Shown here piece by piece: positions 40,485-50,682 of a DNA stretch of 64,000 bases; positions within the stretch are counted from its first letter, which is position 1; every line of letters begins with the position of its first letter. Source of the stretch: Promethearchaeota archaeon (GTDB lineage Archaea; Asgardarchaeota; Lokiarchaeia; Sigyniarchaeales; SOKP01); the NCBI GenBank assembly GCA_048938025.1, contig JBHLMP010000005.1, positions 44,551 to 108,550 of the forward strand. Direction: 5' to 3'. Position numbers and translations under genes: made by a program. A model generated the notes under the pieces. The model was not told where the DNA came from. It made no database searches and saw only the letters and a program-made list of their open reading frames with translations.

Positions 40485-40772
40485 ATTTTTGCAAAAATAC
40501 CTGTTCTATTAGAAAAAGTGAAGAAAGAGGATTTAGATAAACAAATATTAAGAACAGCAATCTTAGCTGAATTAGATGCTATTAATCTCTATGAACAAAT
40601 GGCGAACCTTACAGATAATAAAAACTTGAAAATGGTACTTCTAGACGTAGCTAAAGAAGAAAAAGAACATGTAGGGGAATTTCAATATCTTTTATTAAAG
40701 CATGATCCTCAACAACAAGAAGAATTAGAAGAGGGCAAAGAGGAAGTCTAAGAATTAATAGGAGAAAAATAA
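40485..40772 (+). CDS. Ferritin-like / rubrerythrin-like (encapsulin-cargo Flp type) protein; ATT start and internal TAA at 40749-40751 (possible pseudogene)
   Basis: FAKIPVLLEKVKKEDLDKQILRTAILAELDAINLYEQ...EEKEHVGEF...EEGKEEV*ELIGEK*. Confidence 0.75.
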
Positions 40773-40999
40773 AAAAATCAATAAAAATCAAACTTTCTTT
40801 ATTTTTTATTTATAAACTGAAAGGAAGAGTTTCCTTATTTAATTATATTAATAATAATTGTTAATAATTTATAACCTATAGATAAATAAATAAAAGGGTA
40901 TATTTGTTATTTAAGATAAATTTATGAGAAATCTTTAAATTAATGAATAATGGCAAGCTTGTATTTTAAAATGTATAAAGGAGTGTTAAGTAAAAAAAA

Positions 41000-42193
41000 A
41001 TGACAAATTATAATTATAACTATTTAATTATTGGTGGAGGAATGACTGCTGATGCAGCAGCTCATAGCATCCGAGAAGCTGATCCCAAGGGAACTATTGG
41101 TTTGATTAGTAGTGAAAATGATCCTCCTTATGCACGTCCTCCCCTTTCTAAATCCCTTTGGAAGGGAGAAGATAGTCTCGATGATATTGATTTAGAGACT
41201 AAAGAGAGTAATATTGAAATGCATCTTAATCGAACCGTTACAAAAATCAATAGATCTAATAAAACTGTTATTGACAATCAAAAGAATTTATATAAGTATG
41301 AAAAATTGCTAATCGCAACTGGTGGTATTCCCAAAAAACTTCCTAATATTGAAGAACCAGGTATAATATATTATCGTACTCTCTCAGATTATAAAAAATT
41401 AAAACAATTGGTTGATAAAAATAAGACATTCGGAGTCTTGGGTGGTGGATTTATTGGATCGGAAATAGCAGCGGCTATAAAAATTTACAAACCTAAGGTA
41501 GAAGTTACTATGTTGTTTCTCGAGAGTGGAATTGGTGGACTAATCTTTCCTAAGAAATTAAGTAATTATTTAAATGACTATTATCAAAAAAAAGGCATTA
41601 AAGTATTAGCGGGTGAGATGGTAACCAGTATCAAGAAAGAAGGTAAAGGTTATATGGTTGAAACTAAAAGTGGTAAAAAACTCAAGTTTGATGTTGTAAT
41701 TGCAGGACTAGGCATTAAACCCAATATAGAATTAGCAAAAGAAGCAGATCTAAAAGTTGAGGATGGAATTGTAGTAAACAAATACCTCCAAACAACCGAT
41801 TCTGATATTTATGCTGCTGGAGATGTAGCATTTTACCATAATCCTTCACTTGATAAATATATTCGTGTTGAGCATGAAGATAATGCGCTCATGATGGGAG
41901 AGATTGCCGGACAAAATATGACGGGAAAAGAAATATCCTTTGATCATTTATCATTGTTCTACTCTGATTTATTTGAACTCGGTTATGAGGCTGTGGGTAT
42001 TTTAAGCTCAAAGTTAGAAACTGTAGAAGATTTTGACGAATCATTAGAAGAAGGCGTCGTATATTATTTAAAGGAAGGTCGTGTTCAGGGGGTCCTTTTG
42101 TGGAATGTTTGGGAAAAAGTTGATGAAGCTAGAGAATTAATCGCTGAACCTGGAGCTTTCTCCCGAGAGGATTTGAAAGGTAGAATCCAGTAA
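41000..42193 (+). CDS. FAD/NAD(P)H-dependent oxidoreductase (ferredoxin reductase/AIF/MDHAR-like)
   Basis: IIGGG, PYARPPLSK, ATG, GGGFIGSE, IYAAGD, RVEH, FYSDL. Confidence 0.9.
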   Translation: MTNYNYNYLIIGGGMTADAAAHSIREADPKGTIGLISSENDPPYARPPLSKSLWKGEDSLDDIDLETKESNIEMHLNRTVTKINRSNKTVIDNQKNLYKYEKLLIATGGIPKKLPNIEEPGIIYYRTLSDYKKLKQLVDKNKTFGVLGGGFIGSEIAAAIKIYKPKVEVTMLFLESGIGGLIFPKKLSNYLNDYYQKKGIKVLAGEMVTSIKKEGKGYMVETKSGKKLKFDVVIAGLGIKPNIELAKEADLKVEDGIVVNKYLQTTDSDIYAAGDVAFYHNPSLDKYIRVEHEDNALMMGEIAGQNMTGKEISFDHLSLFYSDLFELGYEAVGILSSKLETVEDFDESLEEGVVYYLKEGRVQGVLLWNVWEKVDEARELIAEPGAFSREDLKGRIQ

Positions 42194-42280
42194 TTATTTT
42201 TTATATTCAATAAACAAATTTTATATTTAAATTAGAAGAAATCTAATTAAGTAGCTAAAAGAAATATTACGTTTTATTAA

Positions 42281-43522
42281 TTAATAATCCTCATCTTTAA
42301 TTTTAGAAGGCATATCTTTAACTTGACAAGCCAATTCCTTTGCTAATTCTTCACCTTTTTCAAGCTCTTCTACTGTAGGATGGCCTTTAAATGTAAGTGG
42401 TTCTAGAATATCCCAATGCATATTTTCTGCTAAATTATCAAAATCCTTCTTAGCTCCCCCACTCCATCCATATGATCCAAAGTAGAGCACTTTTTTATAC
42501 CATATGTGTTTTTTTTGTAATAATTCCATAAAATATTTCATTGGTGGAAACATGCTATATTCGTAAGTGGGGGCTCCGATTATTAGACCTGCGGATTTAA
42601 AAGCATCAGCTAGAATAAAAGATACATCTTCATTTGGAACCCGATGAACACTGACCGGTACTCCTTCAGAGGATATCCCTTTTAAAACAGCATTTAACAT
42701 GACTTCTGTATTTCCATACATACTTCCCCAAACTACACATATTTCAGGTTCAGCAAAATTTTTATTATAATTAGCATAACGGCGATATTTTTTAATAACT
42801 ACTTCTGGTTTACTTCTCCAAATTAATCCATGAGATGGAGCAATCGTTTTAATCTCTAAAGGAGAAAGCGAATCAATAGCTTTAATAACATTTGGAGAGA
42901 ACATTGCTATGATATTTGCATAATATCTTAACATTTCTTCTTCCCAATAGGGTTTGTTTACATCTGGAGTCTCATCATCAAAAATACTTCCTTTATGAAC
43001 TCCAAATGCCCCAAAAGCATCACCAGAAAATAATATTTTTGAATTTGGTTCATAGGTTACCATTGTTTCTGGCCAATGAACGTGTGGAATCTCAGTAAAA
43101 ATAAGCTTCTTATTTTGACCTAAGTCTATTTCATCTCCCGTTTTTACTATTTGAATATTTTCTTTTATCCCATAGAACCCATCAATCAAGGCTGCTCCTT
43201 TCTTAGTAGTTACTATTCGAGATTTAGGTGCTAAAGAACGTAAAATATATGTAAAACCAGTGTGATCTGGTTCAAGATGATTGAGTACAATATAATCAAT
43301 ATCTTGTAAAGATACCGAAAGTGATTTGAGATTCTCTAATAATGTCATAGCAGCACCTCCCCATTCTCTAACAAGTTCAATGATAGCAATTTTATCTCCT
43401 ATAACAACATAAGCATTTAGAGCTACTCCAGTAGGTATAGGCCAAATACCTTCAAATAAATCTTCTGTGTGAACGTTTGCACCTACCCAATATATATTTT
43501 CAGCTAATTTTGTTGCTTGCAT
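42281..43522 (-). CDS. fprA: Flavodiiron protein (A-type flavoprotein)
   Basis: NHLEPDH, HWPETM, SGDAFG, PSHG, GSMYGNT, GSYGWSGGA. Confidence 0.92.
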   Translation of the reverse strand: MQATKLAENIYWVGANVHTEDLFEGIWPIPTGVALNAYVVIGDKIAIIELVREWGGAAMTLLENLKSLSVSLQDIDYIVLNHLEPDHTGFTYILRSLAPKSRIVTTKKGAALIDGFYGIKENIQIVKTGDEIDLGQNKKLIFTEIPHVHWPETMVTYEPNSKILFSGDAFGAFGVHKGSIFDDETPDVNKPYWEEEMLRYYANIIAMFSPNVIKAIDSLSPLEIKTIAPSHGLIWRSKPEVVIKKYRRYANYNKNFAEPEICVVWGSMYGNTEVMLNAVLKGISSEGVPVSVHRVPNEDVSFILADAFKSAGLIIGAPTYEYSMFPPMKYFMELLQKKHIWYKKVLYFGSYGWSGGAKKDFDNLAENMHWDILEPLTFKGHPTVEELEKGEELAKELACQVKDMPSKIKDEDY

Positions 43523-43583
43523 AAATTAATCACTTAATTTTTTTTCATTTTTATAATATATAAAGATTTCATGAAATCATTAT

Positions 43584-44405
43584 TTAAATATATTCAAATT
43601 CCATCCCAATAATTTCTTCTGTTTTTTTCCAGAGTTTTTTCTGAATCTCTTTATCATAAGTAATATCTTTCGAGGGCTCTGAGCGATTATTTACAAAATA
43701 CTTGCCAGATATATTTTCCAATTCTGGTGCTATGGCAGCAAACATTAAGGTCTTAGCACCATCTAATAGCGGTGCTCCATAAGATCTAGAAGCAGATCTC
43801 AATAATTTTGTCCTTATTACTCCTGGATGAAGACAATTTACAGCAATATCTGTATTTTTCAATTTTTCAGCGAGGAGATATGTAAACAATACTAGAGCTG
43901 TTTTTGATTTTGCATATGCTTTCACACCAGTGTATCCCTTTTCAAAATTTAAATTTTTGAAATCAAAATGATTAGATTGAACTCGTGAAACTACATTAAC
44001 TATTCTACTTGATTTAGTGTTTCTCAATAAATCAATTAAAAGATTCGTAAGAAGAAAGGGCGCGACATAATTTATCGCGAAAGTTTCTTCTAATCCATCT
44101 TGCGTTATACTTCGCTCTGATCTATATACTCCAGCATTATTAATTAACACATCCAATCTATTAAAACGATTGTAAATATCAGAAACCATTTCTTTTATTT
44201 GAGTGAAAGAACCTAGATCGGCATAAACAAAACTTAAATTTTGATTATTGGTTTGTTTTTCAATACCTTTCATTGTTAATTGAGCTTTTTCCAGATTTCT
44301 TCCATGCACTATTACCTGATAACCAGATTTAGCAAGTTCAATTGCAGTTTGGTATCCTATCCCATCAGTAGATCCAGTAATTAGAATTATTTTACCTTCT
44401 TTCAT
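43584..44405 (-). CDS. SDR oxidoreductase (retinol dehydrogenase-like)
   Basis: TGSTDGIG, LINNAG, YAKSK, HPGVIRT. Confidence 0.9.
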   Translation of the reverse strand: MKEGKIILITGSTDGIGYQTAIELAKSGYQVIVHGRNLEKAQLTMKGIEKQTNNQNLSFVYADLGSFTQIKEMVSDIYNRFNRLDVLINNAGVYRSERSITQDGLEETFAINYVAPFLLTNLLIDLLRNTKSSRIVNVVSRVQSNHFDFKNLNFEKGYTGVKAYAKSKTALVLFTYLLAEKLKNTDIAVNCLHPGVIRTKLLRSASRSYGAPLLDGAKTLMFAAIAPELENISGKYFVNNRSEPSKDITYDKEIQKKLWKKTEEIIGMEFEYI

Positions 44406-44532
44406 AACTGACCAACGATTTATTTTACATTCTTAAAATAGCTAAATGAGTTTTAGAATCTATCTATAATATTTTATTGAATTTCTTCTAATATTTGTTA
44501 TAAAGTAAAAATTAAGTTCGAAAATACTTTTT

Positions 44533-45387
44533 TTAGAGTTTTCTTATTTCTTTAATGATATCAGAACCTTCTTTCATTTTGGTCTCTAAAATATTAATGA
44601 CTTCTAATAAATCTCTTTCTTTACTCGTATCAATTTTACATATAATCAATTGCTGAGCAGTATCTACAGCTTGTAAAATATTTCCAAGATTATGGGAGTA
44701 TTTATCCTTTAGATCTTTCTTATGTTCATAAGAGATATTATATTCTAAATGAATTAAAAAGATAATAATTAACACTGAAGAGATTATCCCCGGCAACCAA
44801 TACCACATTATTAGATGCATATCGCTTGAATTATAGATCTCTATCGATTCCCCGTGAAGAGCAATAAACACTGTCAACGGAATGTACATGCTTAAAAAAA
44901 ATCCGGTAATGTAATACCATCTAATGCTTTTTCCGAGTTTATCTTTTAAGGGCTTAAACCTTAGAAAAAGAACAAGATAGATGCTGATTATTGATAAAAT
45001 TAATACTGAGCTTGCAAATAATGAACCTATGTTCTTTCCTATGAATATAAAAAGAATTAGTGGAAGAATGACAATTAAAATTGTGAGAATTACTATTATT
45101 TTATTTTGTATCTCAATGAAATAGGAAAAAACTCCAGCCAAAATATATAATCCGGCTAATGCAGCAAAGATTGAATTAAAAAATACATAATTTTCTAAAA
45201 AGTTCCCCTCCTCTAAAACAGCACCTATAATGGTTAATACCCCAGCAATTACCCAACTAAACCACCCAATAATGAGATAAATAAATTCCTTTTTCTTATT
45301 ATCATAAAAAAAGTCAAAAGAAACTATTACTGCTATTATTCTTATAATTGTTAATATAATTAAACTGTTAAATGCCATTACATTCAT
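44533..45387 (-). CDS. 7TM sensor with H-box-like helix but no HATPase domain
   Basis: Seven TM segments, then DKYSHNLGNILQ and a second helix; ends at aa 284. Confidence 0.7.
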   Translation of the reverse strand: MNVMAFNSLIILTIIRIIAVIVSFDFFYDNKKKEFIYLIIGWFSWVIAGVLTIIGAVLEEGNFLENYVFFNSIFAALAGLYILAGVFSYFIEIQNKIIVILTILIVILPLILFIFIGKNIGSLFASSVLILSIISIYLVLFLRFKPLKDKLGKSIRWYYITGFFLSMYIPLTVFIALHGESIEIYNSSDMHLIMWYWLPGIISSVLIIIFLIHLEYNISYEHKKDLKDKYSHNLGNILQAVDTAQQLIICKIDTSKERDLLEVINILETKMKEGSDIIKEIRKL

Positions 45388-45400
45388 AATATATAGCCTC

Positions 45401-46294
45401 TTAATTATTTACTAATCCACTTATTATATAACTTATCCATAGACCTGGTTTTTTTGGAATATCAAAATCTATCCATGCTGATTTCATATAAGATATATCT
45501 GCTTGCCAAAATCCGTCAGATCGTTGTTTCTTCTTTAATATTTGGATCGCATCTTTACAGCGCTCATCCTCAATCAAACCATTTGCTTTAAGTAATGATA
45601 AGATTTCTATGATATTCGACCTATAAGTATAAGGGTAAAAATTTAAGATAATAGAACTCTCTATTGGTTTATCTGAAGATAATTTCTTATATACTCTATG
45701 CTTAAGGATATATTCCAATCCTTGATTTAACTTGTTACCGAATTTTTCCGAGGCTCCAAATTTTTTCTTATATTCAGTAAGAGTATTCATAGATTTGACC
45801 ACACCATAATAACAAGGAATTTTTTTCATACAACCTCCAAATCTCGTGTAAAGATCTGCCCCCGGCCATGTACATTCTTTACCTCTCTCAATGGATTGGT
45901 ACTTTAATATCCAATCTATCCCAGCATCAATTTTTTCTTTATCATCATAATCCATCTTTAAAAGGATTGTTGTAATCAAGGCATTGTGGCAAGCAAGTAA
46001 ATTGTCTTTAGTTCCTTCTAAAGAGAAGCCTTCTTTAATATAAGACTTATCTATCAGGAGTTTAAGCCAACTTTGAACTTTTTCTAAGGTTTTCGTAAAC
46101 GGAATTTCTGAGAGCTCCAGTAAACGCCATTCATAGGCTCGGATACCGACAAAAGTATCAGGACTCCGTTTGGGAGTTTCTAAAAGTTTACTTATTAGCT
46201 CTGATTGTTCAAGCATTTTCTGTGCTTCTTTCATAGGTACATTCTCACCTTTTTCATAAGCTTTCTTCAATGATAAAGCTGAATCCTCAATCAT
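45401..46294 (-). CDS. Prenyltransferase/squalene oxidase repeat-like alpha-barrel hypothetical protein
   Basis: AGIDWILKYQ; AIQILKKKQRSDGFW (QW-like). Confidence 0.6.
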   Translation of the reverse strand: MIEDSALSLKKAYEKGENVPMKEAQKMLEQSELISKLLETPKRSPDTFVGIRAYEWRLLELSEIPFTKTLEKVQSWLKLLIDKSYIKEGFSLEGTKDNLLACHNALITTILLKMDYDDKEKIDAGIDWILKYQSIERGKECTWPGADLYTRFGGCMKKIPCYYGVVKSMNTLTEYKKKFGASEKFGNKLNQGLEYILKHRVYKKLSSDKPIESSIILNFYPYTYRSNIIEILSLLKANGLIEDERCKDAIQILKKKQRSDGFWQADISYMKSAWIDFDIPKKPGLWISYIISGLVNN

Positions 46295-46475
46295 AAGTAT
46301 AAATTTAATAAGCTTTTAGTTAAATCTAACATAAGAATAGTAAAAATATTTCTTAAACTTATATTAATTACATAAGTTTGTCCAGTATAAACCTATTGAT
46401 AAAAATATTTTCATTCTATACTTGATGATATGCCTTTAAAAATGATGTCCTTAAAGGGATAGAGGGATATAAAAT

Positions 46476-47873
46476 ATGGTTAAAGAAAAATTGCCCTTGA
46501 AATCGAAGCTCGCTTATGGGGGTCTTGGAGCAGGTATCAATTTACCATCCCAGATTGCTTTTTCAGCCATAACCTTTTTCTATAACACTATATTAGGATT
46601 AGATGCCACACTTATTGGAATTGCATGGCTCATTTTTTCATTCTGGAATGCCTTTAATGACCCATTATTTGGTTTTATCGAAGACCACACAAAATCAGAA
46701 AAGTATGGTAGAAGAATCCCATATATCCGATTTGGAGCGCCCTTGTATGGGTTAGCTTTTATTATTTGTTGGATTCCCTTCGCGGACTTAGATAGCCAAA
46801 TAGCAATATTCTTCAACTTTATTGTTGTTTTATTCATTTTTGATACATTATTCACAATTTTAGGGCTTATTAATTTCACTTTGCCTGCTGAAATGGCAAT
46901 AACCTCAAAAGAAAGAACTAATTTGTTAATATATAGCACGGTTATTAGTTCCACTTCATATTTAATTTCCTTTCTATTACCTATTTTCCTATTAACCGGA
47001 AGTGAGGCACCAAATGACCCATTAATCTTTCTAATTGCGATGATTGTAGTAGGGATCATTGCTACTGCAATTATATTCACAAGTAGTTATTATCTAAAAG
47101 AAAATAAATATACTCAATTGGAAGAGACTCTTCCTGTTATACAGGGAATAAAAGAAACTTTTAAGAATAAACCCTTTATGGTTTTTGAGGTTGCGAACTT
47201 TTCCTTTACCATCGCCCAAACAATACTTACAACTGCAATATATTATTATGCTGATTATATGCTAAGATTACCTGGTTTTCTGAATTCGGTTCCATTAATT
47301 CTGGTGTTCCTTATGATATTTGCATTTTTAACAATATTTAATAAATTGGTGGGAAAAATAGGAGTGAAAAGAACCTTTATTTTCTCGATATTATTGACTG
47401 GACTGGGCTTTCTTTTAACCTTTATTTTCGGCTGGACATTTCATTTAGCTATAATTGGATTCATAATCATTGGTATCGGATTCTCAGGGTATCTGCTAAC
47501 AAATCAAGTTGTCGTAGCCGATATCGTAGATTATGATGAAATAAGAACAGGAAAGCGGAGGGAAACAACTTACTCTGGAATAAACGCATTAATTACTAAA
47601 CCAGCCATTTCTATTGCAAATTGGCTCTTTTTAGTGATAATTGACTTTTTTGAATTTGATCCAGACCAAAATGCTCAAGAGTTTCCTGCTCAATTTGGAA
47701 TCATGATGGGTTTTGCGCTTATTCCTTCGATTTTTTTGATACTAGGCGCACTTGTCATGTTTTATTACTCATTGGATGGAGCTCATTGGCTAGCTCAAAA
47801 AGAGGAAATTATTAAAATTCATGAAGAAAAGGAACGGGCATATCTAGAGTATTTGGAAAAGAAAAAGAGGTAA
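46476..47873 (+). CDS. MFS transporter, glycoside-pentoside-hexuronide (MelB) family
   Basis: NAFNDPLFG.IED, YGRRIPY, ADIVDYDEIRTGKRRE. Confidence 0.92.
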   Translation: MVKEKLPLKSKLAYGGLGAGINLPSQIAFSAITFFYNTILGLDATLIGIAWLIFSFWNAFNDPLFGFIEDHTKSEKYGRRIPYIRFGAPLYGLAFIICWIPFADLDSQIAIFFNFIVVLFIFDTLFTILGLINFTLPAEMAITSKERTNLLIYSTVISSTSYLISFLLPIFLLTGSEAPNDPLIFLIAMIVVGIIATAIIFTSSYYLKENKYTQLEETLPVIQGIKETFKNKPFMVFEVANFSFTIAQTILTTAIYYYADYMLRLPGFLNSVPLILVFLMIFAFLTIFNKLVGKIGVKRTFIFSILLTGLGFLLTFIFGWTFHLAIIGFIIIGIGFSGYLLTNQVVVADIVDYDEIRTGKRRETTYSGINALITKPAISIANWLFLVIIDFFEFDPDQNAQEFPAQFGIMMGFALIPSIFLILGALVMFYYSLDGAHWLAQKEEIIKIHEEKERAYLEYLEKKKR

Positions 47874-48055
47874 ATATTTCGTGTTTCTTTAATTTATCTA
47901 ATAAATGGTGTTGCGTTGACGATAATTCAAATTTTTAGCTTGTTTTAAAGTATTATAGGAATATTTAATTAACTTTTTTTTAATAGGAGTAATATATTAA
48001 AAACAGTTTATTCTTTAATTATTTGTTAGTATAAAATAGGTTCCCCTTTAAAGAT

Positions 48056-48874
48056 ATGAAAGAGAATGAAAATAAGACGAAAAAAATGCCTGTCCTTTTC
48101 ATCGGACACGGTTCACCAATGAATATCATCTCTGACAATGAATTTACTCGCAGTTTACAAACTCTGGGAAAAACTCTACCTAAACCAAAAGCAATACTTG
48201 TAATATCTGCTCATTGGCTAACATCTGGAACTAAAATATTATGCAATGAACAACCAAGAACTATATACGACTTTTATGGCTTCCCCGAAGAACTTTATAA
48301 ACTTAAATATTCAAGCCCAGGATCTCCTGAATTTGCAGAAAAAATTTGCCAAAAACTTACTGCCTATAATGTTAAATGTGATTATGATTGGGGTTATGAT
48401 CATGCTTCTTGGTCAATTTTACAGCATATATATCCAAAAGCGAATATCCCTATGATAGAATTAAGCTTAGATTATGGGTTTAATGACTGGCAAATCAAAC
48501 CAATTGAATATCATTATCAAATAGCTCAGAATTTAGCGTTTCTGCGGAGAGAAGGTGTTTTAATTATTGGGAGTGGAAACATTGTTCATAACCTAAGAAT
48601 CATAGATTATAATGTAAATGCCCCCATAATGGAGTGGGCTAAAAAGCTTGATGCGATAGTTAAAGAAAAAATTATTAACAAGAATTATGATGATTTAATC
48701 CACATTGAAAAGTTAGGAGCCAATTCAAGGATAGGAATTCCCACATGGGATCATTATCTTCCTATGATTTATACATTGGCGCTTCAAGATGAGGAGGATT
48801 CCGTGACATTTATTCATGAGGGTTTTCAACACGGATCAGTATCAATGAGATGTTTCCAAATAGGATTTCAATGA
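48056..48874 (+). CDS. ygiD: 4,5-DOPA dioxygenase-like extradiol dioxygenase (LigB fold)
   Basis: FIGHGSPMN, SAHW, YDFYGFP, DH, GSGNIVHNL, DHYLP. Confidence 0.9.
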   Translation: MKENENKTKKMPVLFIGHGSPMNIISDNEFTRSLQTLGKTLPKPKAILVISAHWLTSGTKILCNEQPRTIYDFYGFPEELYKLKYSSPGSPEFAEKICQKLTAYNVKCDYDWGYDHASWSILQHIYPKANIPMIELSLDYGFNDWQIKPIEYHYQIAQNLAFLRREGVLIIGSGNIVHNLRIIDYNVNAPIMEWAKKLDAIVKEKIINKNYDDLIHIEKLGANSRIGIPTWDHYLPMIYTLALQDEEDSVTFIHEGFQHGSVSMRCFQIGFQ

Positions 48875-49000
48875 TTATATAATATAAGCTTCCATCATAA
48901 AATAGGAAAAAATTTTATTTTATTTTGTTAAGTTTTTTCTAAATTCTTTGCATTTTGGAAGGTCTTCATCCGTTATTCTTTTAGTTTTCTCAAAACAAAT

Positions 49001-49675
49001 TCATGCAACCATGACAAGAGCGCCTAGGACATGACAAAGGATACCCCACCAAATTGTACCAGTCCATTTAGCTAAAGAAGCTAAATATATTCCAAAAAAT
49101 GCTGCTCCAATAACTAAAACTAAAATATTGGAATTTGGGGACAATGATCCCGATGCAAAGTGAAACAGTGCATACCAGATTGTGGAATAGATAATTCTCA
49201 AAAAGTTATTATTTGGATATAATTCCATGTATACTCCTCTCCATAATATCTCTTCAAAAGTGCCATTTCCAAACGCGGTTATCACCAGACCTATAACTAC
49301 CAATATGTTTACTTTAGCGTATAATGTTCCTGAAAATATCCTATAAATAAGCGCCATTAGCATTGGGAATAAGATGAATGGAAGCATTTTTATTTTCAAT
49401 CTCCGAGGGGAGCTCAATTCTTTAATCTTTTTAATACCAATAAGCCATGCTGAAAATATAAACCCACAAAGCATCCAATATACGAACAATCCCAAATACC
49501 AGCCAAGCTCACTTCCAAAAATTCCACCAAATAATTGATAAATGACAAATATCACTAACATCAAAATCGGAGGTCCAATAATTCCTGCTATTACCTTAAT
49601 TTTTTGTTTTGATTGCTGATTTACGTTTTTCTGGCCTATGTTTTCTTTCAAAATTTCAAAATCCAACTTATTCAT
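49001..49675 (-). CDS. CPBP intramembrane metalloprotease
   Basis: FEEILWRG, YALFH, ILCH. Confidence 0.85.
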   Translation of the reverse strand: MNKLDFEILKENIGQKNVNQQSKQKIKVIAGIIGPPILMLVIFVIYQLFGGIFGSELGWYLGLFVYWMLCGFIFSAWLIGIKKIKELSSPRRLKIKMLPFILFPMLMALIYRIFSGTLYAKVNILVVIGLVITAFGNGTFEEILWRGVYMELYPNNNFLRIIYSTIWYALFHFASGSLSPNSNILVLVIGAAFFGIYLASLAKWTGTIWWGILCHVLGALVMVA

Positions 49676-49845
49676 TTTGTATCACAAGATTAGATTGGAA
49701 ATCATCTTGATATAAATCGATGTTTACCCTGATTCGTACAGAATGAATGAGAAATAGATGATGAAGACCATAGTCTTTACATTAAAGAGGGTAAGAAATA
49801 ATGATAAGATGATAAATTTTTCAACTAAAAGGGAGAAAAAGAATC

Positions 49846-49976
49846 AAAAATCTTTTATTGAATTAAGTTCTTGTCTTCTTTAACAAAATAGCCTATAAAT
49901 GTGAGAAAAATAGTTCTTTTAATAATTAGTGGAATATACGCAATAATAATAGGAATAGGGATTATAGGACTTTGGA
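49846..49976 (+). repeat. About 130-bp diverged direct repeat, copy 1 (promoter plus 5' end of the 49901 gene)
   Basis: Aligns with 52210-52340. Confidence 0.8.
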
Positions 49977-50269
49977 CCATGTTACTTTTAACAAAACAAG
50001 TACCAGAATTAAATACAGAACCCGTATCAATAGCATTTCATATAACTGCTGAAATTATAATGGGAATTCTCTCTCTATTAAGTGGCATTTTACTTCTTAT
50101 TGATCTCTCTTGGGCTCCCTATTTCTTTATTCTGGCAATGGGATTAGTAATTTACGCCGTAATCAATTCAGCAGGTTACTATGGACAAAAAAAACAGTGG
50201 ACATTCGTGATTATGTTTGGAATAATTCTTGTTGCTTCAGTTAGCCTTGTGATATTAAATTTATTCTAA
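49901..50269 (+). CDS. 4TM hypothetical membrane protein
   Basis: GLW...VPEL, FHITAE, YAVINSAGYY. Confidence 0.75.
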   Translation: MRKIVLLIISGIYAIIIGIGIIGLWTMLLLTKQVPELNTEPVSIAFHITAEIIMGILSLLSGILLLIDLSWAPYFFILAMGLVIYAVINSAGYYGQKKQWTFVIMFGIILVASVSLVILNLF

Positions 50270-50297
50270 TATTTTTTTTATTATTATGGTGCTCTAT

Positions 50298-50609
50298 CTA
50301 AACTTTTTTAGGAAATGTCCTCAATTTTAGAATAGTTTCATCTCCCTTAGCCCAGTTCTTCAGATTAGCCAATCTTTCACCATGATCACCATGTTCAGGA
50401 TGATCGAATGCTTTTTGAAGCTCCGTACAAGGTAGATCTGGGCAAAAACCACAATGAAGATAACCTTTATCATAACAGCATTTTGCTACCCTGCATTCTC
50501 CATAGAACATCTCTCCTTTACATTTTTGGCATCCCAAGCAGTTAGTTTTCTCTTTCCATTCGCATATCCCACAATATGCTCCACACATGCCTATTAATTC
50601 TTTATCCAT
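50298..50609 (-). CDS. DUF3795 Cys-rich protein
   Basis: GMCGAYCGIC...CLGC...CRVAKCC...HCGFCPDLPC. Confidence 0.85.
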   Translation of the reverse strand: MDKELIGMCGAYCGICEWKEKTNCLGCQKCKGEMFYGECRVAKCCYDKGYLHCGFCPDLPCTELQKAFDHPEHGDHGERLANLKNWAKGDETILKLRTFPKKV

Positions 50610-50682
50610 TAGTCAAAAACACTTCTTTCAGTTATTAGCCTTTTTAACAAATTTCGATTTTGTTATGAAAAATTAAATAAGA

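Noticed and set aside
46580-47080. 166-aa antisense ORF, plus the many other short antisense or nested ORFs in the track
   Set aside because: They lie within well-supported genes and have no motifs; typical shadows of hydrophobic or AT-rich coding DNA.
1987-48874. Selenocysteine or pyrrolysine readthrough at TGA/TAG stops
   Set aside because: The genes checked that end in TGA or TAG have complete family-length C-termini. I saw no in-frame TGA at a catalytic Cys position and no SECIS-like element.
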